Shown: positions 40,195 to 52,422 of the stretch, in pieces
Layout: each line of letters opens with the position of its first letter
Position numbering within the stretch: the stretch's first letter is position 1
Assembly (NCBI GenBank): GCA_013265495.1
Contig: MU057880.1
Span: forward strand, 1,766,527 to 1,830,526
Direction: 5' to 3'
Length of the DNA: 64,000 nucleotides
From: Vicugna vicugna
Lineage: Eukaryota
Position numbers and translations under genes: made by a program
The notes under the pieces: model-generated
Database searches by the model: none
Told to the model about the DNA's origin: nothing
What the model saw: only the letters and a program-made list of their open reading frames with translations

Positions 40195-43100
40195 ACTTTG
40201 AGGCAAATTAGTATTCTTGCTCAAAGGCTACACCCATGATTGAAGATACTCTGTTTAACCCCCTTCTGTGTTGGTCGGCACTGATCTTAGCAGGAACATA
40301 GGATTCCACGTCCAGTGTGGACCAAGAAAAGCAGCACTCCTATCTCTGCAGAGCCGTTCCAACTTTCTGTATCTCAAAGAAGAGACATCTGCAGTTATTT
40401 GATCAGAAATCTCATGGCAGAGGAAGAACAACAGAAGAAAGGGTGTCTCTTTAGAGGGGATGGCCAGTGTCCTGTGCACTAACTGATAAAAGAGGATTTG
40501 TAGAGCTGGAGTACTTTGGGAGGCAGGACAACAAGGAATTCAGGTCCTGCAATTTCTTGCAATATTGGAAACTTTTCTTTCCCAAAGAAATACGAAATAA
40601 AAAGATTTCCTCCAGTGTCTCGCTGGTGGTCACCAGGCAAGTTGGCCAGCCTCTGAGGTAGTGTTTTGGGTTCAACAGTCAGAGGCAACATGTCAGCTGG
40701 GATTTAGCTCATCTCTTTGGGGTCAGAATTCAGATGGAGAGACTCTGTCACCCTCTGTGTGTCTGATTCCATCACCCTTCCTTATCTTTAAATCAAAAAG
40801 AATTAAAAGAACTTTATCTGAAAGAACCTGGTACTTATGACTAAATCCCCTGTGCTAAGTATAGCAATGAAGAGTGAAGCACTTCATTGCTAACGATTTG
40901 CTCCTCTAGAGAACGTGTCCCTTGGCGTCTGCATTCACTCTAGAAGCCGAAACTTCTACCCGATGTCACATCGCTCCTGAGGCCAACATCTTCCTCTACG
41001 TTATAGCCAGTATTTGATGATGAAACCAATCCAGAATGCACAACTCCCATGACTCTGTTAAGAATTATGTCAGGACAGAACACAGAAAAGACAATAGACT
41101 TTAGAAAAGGGACAGACTACACTTCCATTATCAGAAGAAGACACCAAACTTTACCTGGGAGAGAGGCTGGTACATAGTATTTAGAGCGTCAATGATGTAG
41201 GACAAGTCTAATGGTATATCTGACTTTTATCTTTGTCAGTTGTTAATGACTTGAATTTTCTTAATTATTGCTTTTTTTTTCCTTAACCTTAGTTGCTGTG
41301 TAGAGATGTAATTAATATCCTTCACTGTTGTAGCTCAGGACAGGTTATTGAAAGGCAGCACCTAAAGGTTCATTTTGGTGTAACTGAGGTGCCTTTTTTT
41401 TTGGTCTATGCCAGGCATTGTATTCTGGCTACGAAAAATATGCTTTGTTTTATTTTTTACTTTCCCTAAGAAGTTTGTAGTACAGCAAGATGCAAGTTTT
41501 TGGGTGGTGCTTGTTTGTTTGTTTTTGTTTATTTTGTGGGGTTTTTTAAGTGTAACTTAATGTATGCACATCCATTAACTTCAAAAACTGTGTTTTAAAG
41601 AAATTACATCAATTTTCTTTCCTGATGGTATAGAGATTTCGTCTTTAACAAGCTCCTCTACTCCATACCCAGGAAGGGATGAAATACAAAATCATGAGGA
41701 GTAAATGACACAGTTGGATTCAAATACAAGCTGAACATTTATTTGAACCAGAATCAGAAGACAGATAGATGCAAAATGTTAATTTGTCCAGAAGCAGTGT
41801 GAGATGTCTGGCTTCAGGGTCTAGAAGTTGGCAGGGGCGCCGTGATCTTACATAGGAAAGCGTGACCCAAGGTGCTCCACACAAGAGTCAATTCCAGACT
41901 CACTGCTTAAAACCAGTTTTTGCAGTCATAAGTTTTGCTTGGAGAAGTTCTTTTTTGGCTATTTGAACATTTCCCATATAAAGAAAGATTTATTTCGAGA
42001 TGAACACGTCCATTATGTTTTGTTTTATTAGAGTATTTTTGTTCCTTGAAAGACTAGATTCTAAGAATTTAACCAAGATTTATTCAAGTTGTACTTTTTC
42101 TTGTGCAATTGATTAAGCCTCCTTTTTGTAAAAGTTCTATTATGTTATCAATGTTTTTAATACACTTTCTCTTTATTCTTATATGATTATAGGGTCATCT
42201 ACAAATATCATTACATTTAAACTTGTCTACATAGATTTTTTTACTCCCATTGATCTATTGAACTTGCCCTTGGAGCTGCCTAATGGAATCAAAGCAAACT
42301 GGGCTCTTATCACTTCAACGTGAATTGATGTTGGCAGTCTTCAGCTATGAAATCACAAAGAACATGATACCAATAAATTACTGACCTGTATTTCCTGTAG
42401 TAATTGAAATCTTGCAGATTCATTGTCCTACATCTCATTGATCCTGCCAATTTTGCTACCGTTTTTTTTAAACATTTTTCAAGTCTATGGCAAAATCTCC
42501 AATTCACAGAATTTTTTTATTAACCACCTGCAATTTACAATTACATTGTAATACGGTGAGTTTGATTGTGTCTTCTTCTAAAACATCCTGTTCTATTTCA
42601 CTAGTGCCTTCAAGGCTTGGCTACTTCATGTTGGAAGATACTTACATTTTGAGATGGGTTGGCCAGAGTACAGGTTCCTGTTTGACCTATCCTACCTTCA
42701 TGGACTGATTAGATTTTATTTTCTCCCACCTATTCTGAAAATCAGCCCTAATAATGTTCATTGCTATGATGCATTCAGTTGTCGGAGTAACTACCTTAGA
42801 TTGTCTTACAGGCCTTCCCAAAGCCTGAATCCATCATTTTCCACTTCATTCACTTACATTTCTATCATTTCCTAAAATTTTAAACAGAATGTCTGTGGAA
42901 AGTCCATCCAGTTGACTCCTTGGGGATTTCTCTTTCTAACAGTGCCTTCTAAGGAGAAGGTTCTGTCCAACTGGTTATAAATAATGCCTGGCTCATCATA
43001 CTCATCCTGTCCATTTTTCTGTTGTTTCTCAGGCTTAGCTTTCAAAACAGAGTTTTCATCCGTAGCATGATCCCCACGTGTGCAGTAAGGCTTCCATGCC

Positions 43101-43599
43101 TTCAGCAGCTGTTATGCTAAAAAGCTGTTTGTTTATTGTTTCTTCTGCTAGTTGCATGGACTTCCTAAATATTTTCGTAATTTATACCTGCTGTTGCCCA
43201 CGTATATAAAGGCTCTGACTCTCCCCTTAGGCTTTGTTCATATAGTCACTTAATCACGCCCAATTTGGTTACAAATTTGATGATTTCTAGTATATTGTTT
43301 CCAAGGTCTGAGTGCTGTAAGTTACATGAGAAATTGACTGCGCTCCCAATACCCGTATTAAAAAGGATTCGGAAAGCATCTCTTTCACAGACATTGACTT
43401 TAATCCTTGATCAAATATTTCAGCCTTACTTCTGGTGCTGCTAGGAACAACAAGTCTATTGCTTCCAGATACAGATTCAGGAGTCTCTTGAGTCTCCTGA
43501 AAGCCTGACTCTTGACAGGGACCTGGGGAGGTGTTCCAGTTCTGTCCTGTTACGTGTCCTAGTTTCTACGACTTCCTTGAGCTTGCTTCTGTTCAGTAT

Positions 43600-43785
43600 C
43601 GTCCTCTGAAATAATTGGTCTAGCTGACCCAGAACCCCACAGACCATCGCCTGGCACGCAGCTTATTTTGAAAACCTAAGAAGCCAAACTCAGGTTCACA
43701 AGCAAGAAAAAAATGTATTGTTTCAAGCCACTGAGGTTTAGGGAGGTCTGTTGTTCATTACAGTTGTAGCAATAACTGATGATAA
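43600..43785 (+). mobile_element. MaLR (MLT1-like) LTR 3' part
   Basis: aaatgtattgtttcaagccactgaggtttagggaggtctgttg...gcaataactgatgata, typical MLT1 terminus. Confidence 0.7.
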
Positions 43786-46700
43786 CCCATTTTCCATCCC
43801 TTTAGACACACTGAAACAAGCACTAGGTACACGGATATTTAAGGTGTTTAATGTAAAAAGTAAACTCGCTTTCTGCTTATTAACTTGTTAATTTATCTGA
43901 TCTAGCTGGATCAACGACACTCTTTTGGGGTGACCATGTATACTTAAATAATTTCATTTTAAATAAGATGAATAATTGAGGAATCAAATTGAAGATGTTT
44001 TGAAATATATTTCACAACATTTATTGAAAAGTTTTATCCCAAACTGAACTAAATGATCCCATATTTTCAAAATGTATCTTTAATTCTCAATCAACTGCCA
44101 TTTCCAATAATTTATCCTGTGAAGTTTTAAAGACACATAGATTTCCTATATATAAATTTGTCTTTGATGCAAATTTTAAATACTTCTATCAAATTTCTAA
44201 AGTATTAAAGAATAACTTTCTTAGATATGCAATGCAATGAATTTTACCTACTTCAGTAAAAACTATTGTTATATTATGAAACATCACATAACCATGTGTA
44301 GAAACTCTGTTCTTCTAAGCTTCCTACATTTATTGTCGCCCTGTGACTCTGTCTACCATTGAAAAACACTGAATTTTTTCTCACGTGGGAGTATTAATAT
44401 TATGAAAATACCAAAGAAATGATCAAATATCAAGTCAGTGTGCAAATCACATCTTTAAAAACATGCAACCAAACTGATTTCTGGTTTTGTAGAAGTACCA
44501 AAAGCATATCTCCACTGAATTTTTTTCTTTCAACAATTTTTGCACCTCGCTTAGCCAATAGTGGTTGTTTTTGATCAGATCCATATTATTAAATAACATA
44601 GAGAATATTGTCTCATTTATGGCATTGGCATTTACATAATTCGCAGTTTTTATTATGTGGCTAAATTTACTGCTTAGTTTATCTGACCTTTATTTTTATG
44701 GCAATACTTTCTTAATGAAGGAAATACAAACTCATTAGTCTGGGTAACTGCCCTAGAATGTTTTTGTGTTCTTGCAAACAAAACCATCCAAATTTACTCT
44801 AACACAAAATGTAAACTCCAAACCAATTTTTCATAATATAATCCTTCACTGCGGTGCATTATTTAGTTGCCTTTTTAGGAAATAAAGTAGAAAAAGAAAC
44901 GTGTGCTTCATATAACCATCGTGCTCAAATTGCACATGTGCAAAAGGAATTGTTATTTATTTTACATATTTTGGTTTTGTCATTCCTCTGTATGATGTTT
45001 ATATTTCTTCTCTTCTGAAATATAAAGTATGGTCCATGGACTGGTGGGACTGCATGAGCCCTTACTGAGCCACCACAAGATAAGTACCTAAGTCAAAAGT
45101 AAGCTTTAGAAACTTTGATAGCCACATAGCATGTAATCAGCACACTCATCACATTCAATAAATTGTAGGTTATTAACCAGCCCAGGTATTAAACAGTTCT
45201 CAGACAAGTCACAATGGTGAGCACTGCATGTTCCTGGCTGGCACGCAATAGAAACAATCACCATGAGCAATATCTCAGAGGTATGGATCCACTGTACTCT
45301 GAAAGTATATAAAAACATGAGAAAATGTAAATACTTGGTTATTTTGTAATTTCTTATCAATAATTTTAATGTTTAACCAAGTCCATTTTTTAAATAAGTC
45401 ATCACCATTACCTACATTAGGGAAGTAAAATGTATGCTATTGTTTTTGATCCAAATCTAATGATGACAAAATAAGCTTCATTGGAATTTTGTGCCAAGAC
45501 AAGACAAATTGTTCCGAGTCTTCTATGCATTTTTTATTTTGTGCAACTCCCTTTTCTCCAGTAACCTATCTATAAACTCCAACCTCCTCAAAATACCAAA
45601 CTCAGTTTTCATCTTCTCTGCTTAGAGTTCTCAGCCACTTGAGCTCAGATACTGCAGCCTAGAAGTTTCTGGAAAAAATCCCGAGGTCATCATTTTTTAT
45701 TTTAATGTATTTCCAGATATTACAGACCTGCACTTTGTTGTCTAAAATCTAAAAACAGTGCTTCTTATATTGACATGCATATCAAACATGTATTTCTCAT
45801 GTATTTTTTTCAGATCAAACTTGGCTATGAGAATTTAATAGATGACAACAACATTCCTATCAAGGAAACTGACATCCCTGCTTCTATAAGCAATGGGGTC
45901 ACTTTCTTCCTGTTTGACTTAAAACGTCTAATTATAATGGTTAGTGGTTTTTCAAGACTGCTTGTTTTCTCCTGCATGGAGAACGCTGGATGGTAACACA
46001 AAAATGTCAGTGGAAATCCTCACAGATTGACTTGTTGACTCCACAACATCCACTCAGTGACTAATTCTATCTGATCCAAGTCCTCTGCTCCTTAAAATGC
46101 ATAAAGGTCCAATTTATTTTTATTTTAATTTTGTCTGTATTTTATTACATATGTTATTATAGATCATATTAGGATAATATTTCCTAACATGAATATTAAC
46201 TGATGTGGATAAAGAATGAAAGCAGCTAGCAAACTGCCCACAATTAAAAATTAGTGGGGTGATAATTAACATATAGTAGAAAATGTAATCATATTTAAAG
46301 GCAATCTTACATGAAAATTATGTTTATTCAGAGTAAGAAAGCATTCTACACTTACATTTGCAAAGTGGAATACTAATTTGTTTTTATTTTATTTATACCT
46401 GCTTTCTTTATAGTGTTATTTAATGCTATTTAAAAAATACAAAATTGTCTTAAAAATTTTTAATTTCTCTGATGAGATACCTAAGTAGTAAGAATTTTTT
46501 TTCCCTCTGTCAAGGGAAAGAGCCTATAATATGACAAGAATAAAATTAAGCAAACATGAGAATGTTATGTTACTTTAAGAGAAGGAGAAATAGAAGGGCA
46601 AAGATGTAATTGTCTGCCTGACACTACACTTAGCAATTTATGGGACAAGCAGTTTAATAATATATGACACTGTGATTAGTCTGAAATATTTGTTACTTAG

Positions 46701-47199
46701 TCATTTATTAGAATCATTTAATTTGGACATGTAATGATTAATGACATTGGAGAATGTTATCTTAAGCGTACATTACTTAAAGTCATTCTAACACACCATT
46801 TGATATGATCATTTAATTAACTTATAGCTTATATCTACTAAATCAACCTGAATGTCTTTTTAAATCCAAATAAATTGTAATCATGTAGACATCAGTAGAC
46901 AATTTGCATTCGACAAATCGTGTATCAAGATATACTTGTGTTACTGAATGTGTGTGTACAAAAAAGGCATTAATTATCATGATTTTTGTTAATTAACAAT
47001 AAATTTTAACATGAACATTTGATTGTTTTCCAACCGAAGATAATTTAGTTTCCTGTGGCCAGGAGTTTTGTGTGACTGAGCACCTGTAAATTAGGGTCCA
47101 AGGCTCTTAAAGAAATTAGTATGTTGACATTCTGTTTAACATAATTTTCAATGGCCTATTATCAAATAAAAAATTTAAGAGAAACAATAGCATGAAACA

Positions 47200-48240
47200 C
47201 CATAGAACCCTGTGGAGACGTATCACTATGGAATGCTGAAACCAAACATGGAGTTTTAGTTAAAACCATAGGATTTGTTGGAAGTCTCCTAAGAAGCAGT
47301 TAGAGCTGCATATACCTTTAGAACCTGTGGGTGAGGGAAGTGTCCCTCTTCCCACGTAGAATCCTGGAGAGAAAGGGAAGGGTATCTCTGTGATGGAGGT
47401 CATCGGGCAGAGTGGGGATACCATGGTAAAAATGGGGGAAAGTTTATGTGCACACCATGTCAACCCACTCAGCTCCCAGAAAGGGATGATTCATTTCTGA
47501 ACCTGGAACAGTCTTCCCTGAGGACTCTGACCAGCTGCAGAGAAATTCATAGTTGATCAGTTGTCCTCATGTGTTCAAAATTCTAATGAACTTCTTCATG
47601 CCTCATTCATAAATATTAACAGAGCACCAATGATCACCAGACATTTAAGAAAAATATCATTTATGAAGGAGACTAAAACAAGCAAATAAAAAAGCAACTT
47701 TAGAAAACAGGTGGTGAAAGTTGAGGGAAACTTAAAAAAAAACAATTAACACCAATTAATTGAGAGAGAAACAGAACGGTGTTCCACCCATGAAACAAGA
47801 ATAGAGCACAATAAGAATGAATATCTGGAGAACAAAAAGTAATCTTGGCAACTAAAAATATGAAAACAGAAATGAGAAATACAAATGAATGAGGAGGAAG
47901 ACAAATTTGAAAACTCTTCCAGAAAAAGCAGAAACAGTTTTGTTTGGAAAATGGTAACAAATTACAGTGAGCAGATGAGTTAGTGGAAGAACAAAATCTG
48001 AACAATAGTTTTCCAGAAACTGAAAATTACTAATCCAATAAGTCAGAAAAATCCCAAATTTGCAAAACAAATTTCCAAGCTGTCTAGCACAGTAGGTAAA
48101 AACATACATTTATGAAACATACTGCTGTAAAATTTCAAAACACTGGACACAAAGAAATTATAACTCTACAGAGAGAGAAAGAAAGCATTTAAGCTCAGAA
48201 GAATATGATTAGGAAGTGGGCTTTCAATATTACTGCATGG
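47200..48240 (+). mobile_element. Old L1 5' region / ORF1 remnant
   Basis: gatcaccagacatttaagaaaa, gtaaaatttcaaaacactgg; A-rich remnant of the coiled-coil-coding region. Confidence 0.6.
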
Positions 48241-48619
48241 CTGATTTCTTTTACAGAGAACAATCTTATTGTTAAGATTTGAATTAAAATTTAATAGATC
48301 TTTTCCATCTTGTCTTCTACACAGGACTTGTTCCCATCTTGTGTCACTTTGTTAGAATTCCACGATCTATTCTCATTTCTGCAGAATGACACATGGCATT
48401 GAACGGTCTTAATGAGTCTATTAGTCTGTAACGAAGCCAGTAGAAAAGAGATACAACAGAATAATAAGAAGGAGAGAAAGGAAATTCAAAGGCAAGAGTG
48501 ATGTATTTCAGTGCAGGCTGGAGAGAAAATGATCTTAAATTTGCCCCAATTCTCAGAAAGTATCCTGAACTATTTGGAGTAAGTTTTGAAACTATCTGTG
48601 CAGAAAAAATAATATCCTG

Positions 48620-50205
48620 AAATCTTGATGGAAAACGGCACATTACAGATCACTATCAATATTAGTATGAGGAGTGAATAAAGGAAAGAAATAAGAAAAA
48701 GGTGAATGGGAAGTGGGGAAGGAAGGAAGGAAGAGAGATAGTTGAATAGGTGAAACACATGGAGTTTCTAGGACAGTAAAATTCACCTATATGATATTAT
48801 AATGGTAAATAAAAGACACTGAACATTGGTCAAAATCTACTGAATTTATAGTACATAGAGTAAATCCTATTGCTTCAAGGTTTGCAAATATTTTATCCCA
48901 TTCCATGGGTTGCTTTTTCATTTTTGTTGATGATTTCCTTTGCTGTGCAGAATGTTTTCAGCTTGATATATATGCAAATTTTAATGTAATTATTTAGGAG
49001 ATTTGGGGATCCCAAGACAGAAGGCAAAATGTGACCAAAAGAATCAAAACGTATCACAGATATATGAAACGACCTCACTGAAGCAGGTAGAATATAACTT
49101 TGGGAATGAGTGGCATCTGTAACATAAAGACAGAACTACATGTGAGCACCGTTTTCTACTGATGGATCTCTTTCCCATGGGGCTACAAGTTAACCCTTTC
49201 GAAACCAACCTGTATGTGTACTGACAATAAACGTGAACAGATGACTGGTGGTGGGACCTGGGTTCTTATCGATGGAGTGGGTGGTTGCATACAAGCAAGG
49301 AGAGGAAGCCAGAATGATCTATGTGGTAACAGAGCAGAGTGAGGCTTCAGTGTGAAATCACGTTTAGTTAATATATACAGAGAATACACATATAGAAATA
49401 ATGATACACATACATACACAGCTTAGTATACACACACACATATTTCCAACATCTGTTTGTTAAGTGGGACCAGAAGAAAAAATATCCTGATGGCTACAGG
49501 GACACCTAGCACCCAGATCTTAGTTTTTAAAATCATTCTCCAATATGTGATATCAAGGCTCCTTAGAAAAATGATGATTTTAGGGCTGGGCAGGATACAA
49601 ACAAGTTAAGCCTGGAAGATATGGTGGTGTCATAAAGTAATAAAGTATTCACACACACACATGCATTCACATGCACACACATGCCCCTCCACAATGATGC
49701 GAGTGTGTCAAAATGACATGAGAGCCAACTGAAAACTCCCAGTGGCCAAAGCTGGGACAATTTGAGCAACAAAATAAACTGATTATAACCCAAAGTATAA
49801 AGTAAATATCCATGAGTCCATATTGATATAAGTAGTAAATGATTGGATAAATAAATAAATTGGAAGAAATTTCTACTAATAACAAATAAATGGAGGAGAA
49901 TTCTATGAGCAAGATTTCCAAATAATTGAAGTAGATCTTTCGCCCTTGAGTATACCCACTTCTTGAATGCATTGTGGTTTTCATCCAAAGAGTATGGAAA
50001 GGAGGGGGAACAAGAGTAACTTTACAGAGGAGGAAACTGACAACTGCAGCCTCAAGCCAGGTGATCAAGGTTAAACCAATGGTAATAAGTCCTTTTGATA
50101 GAATATCTCGTGATCATTTGTGATAGAAGGACATCTCACCTCTCTGCGTGGCCCCCAACACATTACCCCAGTCTAATCATGAGACAAATCTCATTTGAAG
50201 ATCAG
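48620..50205 (+). mobile_element. L1MD/L1MC-type long 3' UTR
   Basis: gtgaataggtgaaacac..., ggggatcccaaga, gagccaactgaaaactcccagtggccaaagctgggacaatttgagcaacaaaataaa, cctcaagccaggtgatcaaggtta. Confidence 0.85.
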
Positions 50206-50206
50206 C

Positions 50207-50295
50207 TTTATTTTTTTAACATTTTTTATTGATTTATAATCACTTTACAATGTTGTGTCAAATTCCAGTGTGCAGCACAATTTTTTCAGTCATTC
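50207..50295 (-). mobile_element. Young camelid-type L1 3' end (poly-T), antisense, running into the gap
   Basis: tttatttttttaacattttttattgatttataatcactttacaatgttgtgtcaaattccagtgtgcagcac. Confidence 0.88.
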
Positions 50296-50950
50296 NNNNN
50301 NNNNNNNNNNNNNNNNNNNNNNNNNNNNNNNNNNNNNNNNNNNNNNNNNNNNNNNNNNNNNNNNNNNNNNNNNNNNNNNNNNNNNNNNNNNNNNNNNNNN
50401 NNNNNNNNNNNNNNNNNNNNNNNNNNNNNNNNNNNNNNNNNNNNNNNNNNNNNNNNNNNNNNNNNNNNNNNNNNNNNNNNNNNNNNNNNNNNNNNNNNNN
50501 NNNNNNNNNNNNNNNNNNNNNNNNNNNNNNNNNNNNNNNNNNNNNNNNNNNNNNNNNNNNNNNNNNNNNNNNNNNNNNNNNNNNNNNNNNNNNNNNNNNN
50601 NNNNNNNNNNNNNNNNNNNNNNNNNNNNNNNNNNNNNNNNNNNNNNNNNNNNNNNNNNNNNNNNNNNNNNNNNNNNNNNNNNNNNNNNNNNNNNNNNNNN
50701 NNNNNNNNNNNNNNNNNNNNNNNNNNNNNNNNNNNNNNNNNNNNNNNNNNNNNNNNNNNNNNNNNNNNNNNNNNNNNNNNNNNNNNNNNNNNNNNNNNNN
50801 NNNNNNNNNNNNNNNNNNNNNNNNNNNNNNNNNNNNNNNNNNNNNNNNNNNNNNNNNNNNNNNNNNNNNNNNNNNNNNNNNNNNNNNNNNNNNNNNNNNN
50901 NNNNNNNNNNNNNNNNNNNNNNNNNNNNNNNNNNNNNNNNNNNNNNNNNN
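50296..50950. other. Assembly gap (655 N)
   Basis: Run of n. Confidence 1.
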
Positions 50951-51495
50951 AAAGACTTAAACATAAGACAAGATACAATAAACCTCCTAGAGGAAAACAT
51001 AGGCAAAACATTATCTGACATACATTTCAAAAATTTTCTCCTAGAAGAAATAAAAGCAAGAATAAACAAATGGGACCTAATGAAACTTACAAGCTTCTGC
51101 ACAGCAAAGGAAACTGGAAATAAAACAAGAAGACAACCTACGGAATGGGAGAAAATTTTGCAAATGAAACCGACAAAGGCTTGATCTCCAGAATATATAA
51201 GCAGCTCATATGACTCAATAAGAAAAAAATAAACAACCCAATCCAAAAATGGGCAGAAGACCTAAACAAGCAATTCTCCAAGGAAGACATACAAATGATC
51301 AAAAGGCACATGAAAAAGTGCTCAATATCACTAATTATCAGAGTAATGCAAATCAAAACTACAATGAGGTATCACCTCCCACCAGTCAGAATGGCGATCA
51401 TTCAAAAATCCACAAATGACAAATGCTGAAGAGGCTGTGGAGAAAGGGGCACCCTCCTACACTCCTGGTGGGAATGCAGTTTGGTGCAGCTACTC
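50951..51495 (+). mobile_element. Young LINE-1 ORF2 segment, sense
   Basis: 'KDLNIRQDTINLLEENIGKTL...INKWDLMKLTSFCTAKE...RQPTEWEK', then aatgcaaatcaaaactacaatgagg...gtggagaaagg; few disablements. Confidence 0.95.
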
Positions 51496-51948
51496 TGAGT
51501 GCTTTTTTTAATCCCCCATGTCTGTCACCCACCAGATGATGTTTGGATGAGAAAACTTTACACTTGGAACTTCAATGCTATGTTTTCCCTTGAATTATGG
51601 TCCATCCAGGTCAAGCATCCTCAAGTGACCTTTCCAGTCCTTTATCGTAATCCACCTATGGTACATCGTTGTTCACCAGCACTGCCTCTCCAGTTCATCT
51701 GTCCCATCGTGAAGTGCTTTCTCACTGTCTCACTATAATTCCTACTTGAGTATGTTCTTCTGTGGATGATATGGTTCCTATAAACACACATAGACACACA
51801 GAAAGTAGGTGTGGGTGTAAAAATCTGTGAAGTATAAGTGATCACCACCACGTTTTTGATTCGGACATCAGCACACATATAGGGAACCCAGGGGAAGAAT
51901 CATGTGTCAAAGGAAAAGGGTGAATTTAGCTTGAAGCATTGTTTAAGG

Positions 51949-52422
51949 CAGTGGTTCTCAACTGAGGGTGACTTTTGTTCCCTCAGGAGACATTTGACAA
52001 TGTTTGGGAACACTTTTGGTTGGGAGAGCAGAGGGATGGAGGGGTGCCCTACTGGTAACCAGGGTGTAGAAGCCAGGAGCACTGCTAACCATGCTACAAT
52101 GCATCGGACAACCTCCTACATCAAAGACTTGCTCTGTACAAAACAGATAAACAGCAAGGACCTACTATATAGCACAAGGAACTGTATTCAATTTCTTGTA
52201 ATGAGCTGTAATGGAAAAGAATTTGAAAAAAATATATACATATACACACGTACATATGTATGTACATGTATAACTGAATCACTTTGCTGTACACCTGAAA
52301 CTAACATTATAAATCAACTACTCTTCAATAACAAAAAAGAATTTTAAAAATACACTTAGAGAAAACCAAAAAAAAATAGTAGTTACCCAAAATGTCAACA
52401 GTGCCAAGATTTGGAAATCCTG
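51949..52422 (+). mobile_element. MER20 (hAT-Charlie) split by an L1 3' fragment
   Basis: cagtggttctcaactgagggtgac...acatttgacaatg...ctacaatgcatcggaca | insertion | cccaaaatgtcaacagtgccaaga...cctg; 8-bp flanks gtttaagg/gtttaacc. Confidence 0.85.
52127..52378 (+). mobile_element. Young L1 3' end nested in MER20
   Basis: aaacagataaacagcaaggacctactatatagcacaaggaac...ctgtacacctgaaactaac...cttcaataa plus A-rich tail. Confidence 0.9.

Noticed and set aside
45310..45813. Shared 10-mer (tttctcatgt) in inverted orientation ahead of two divergent acceptor-like sites
   Set aside because: Too short and AT-rich to exceed chance.
50229..51246. Long 241-318 aa ORFs
   Set aside because: Artefacts of the N gap; the real residues are L1 sequence.
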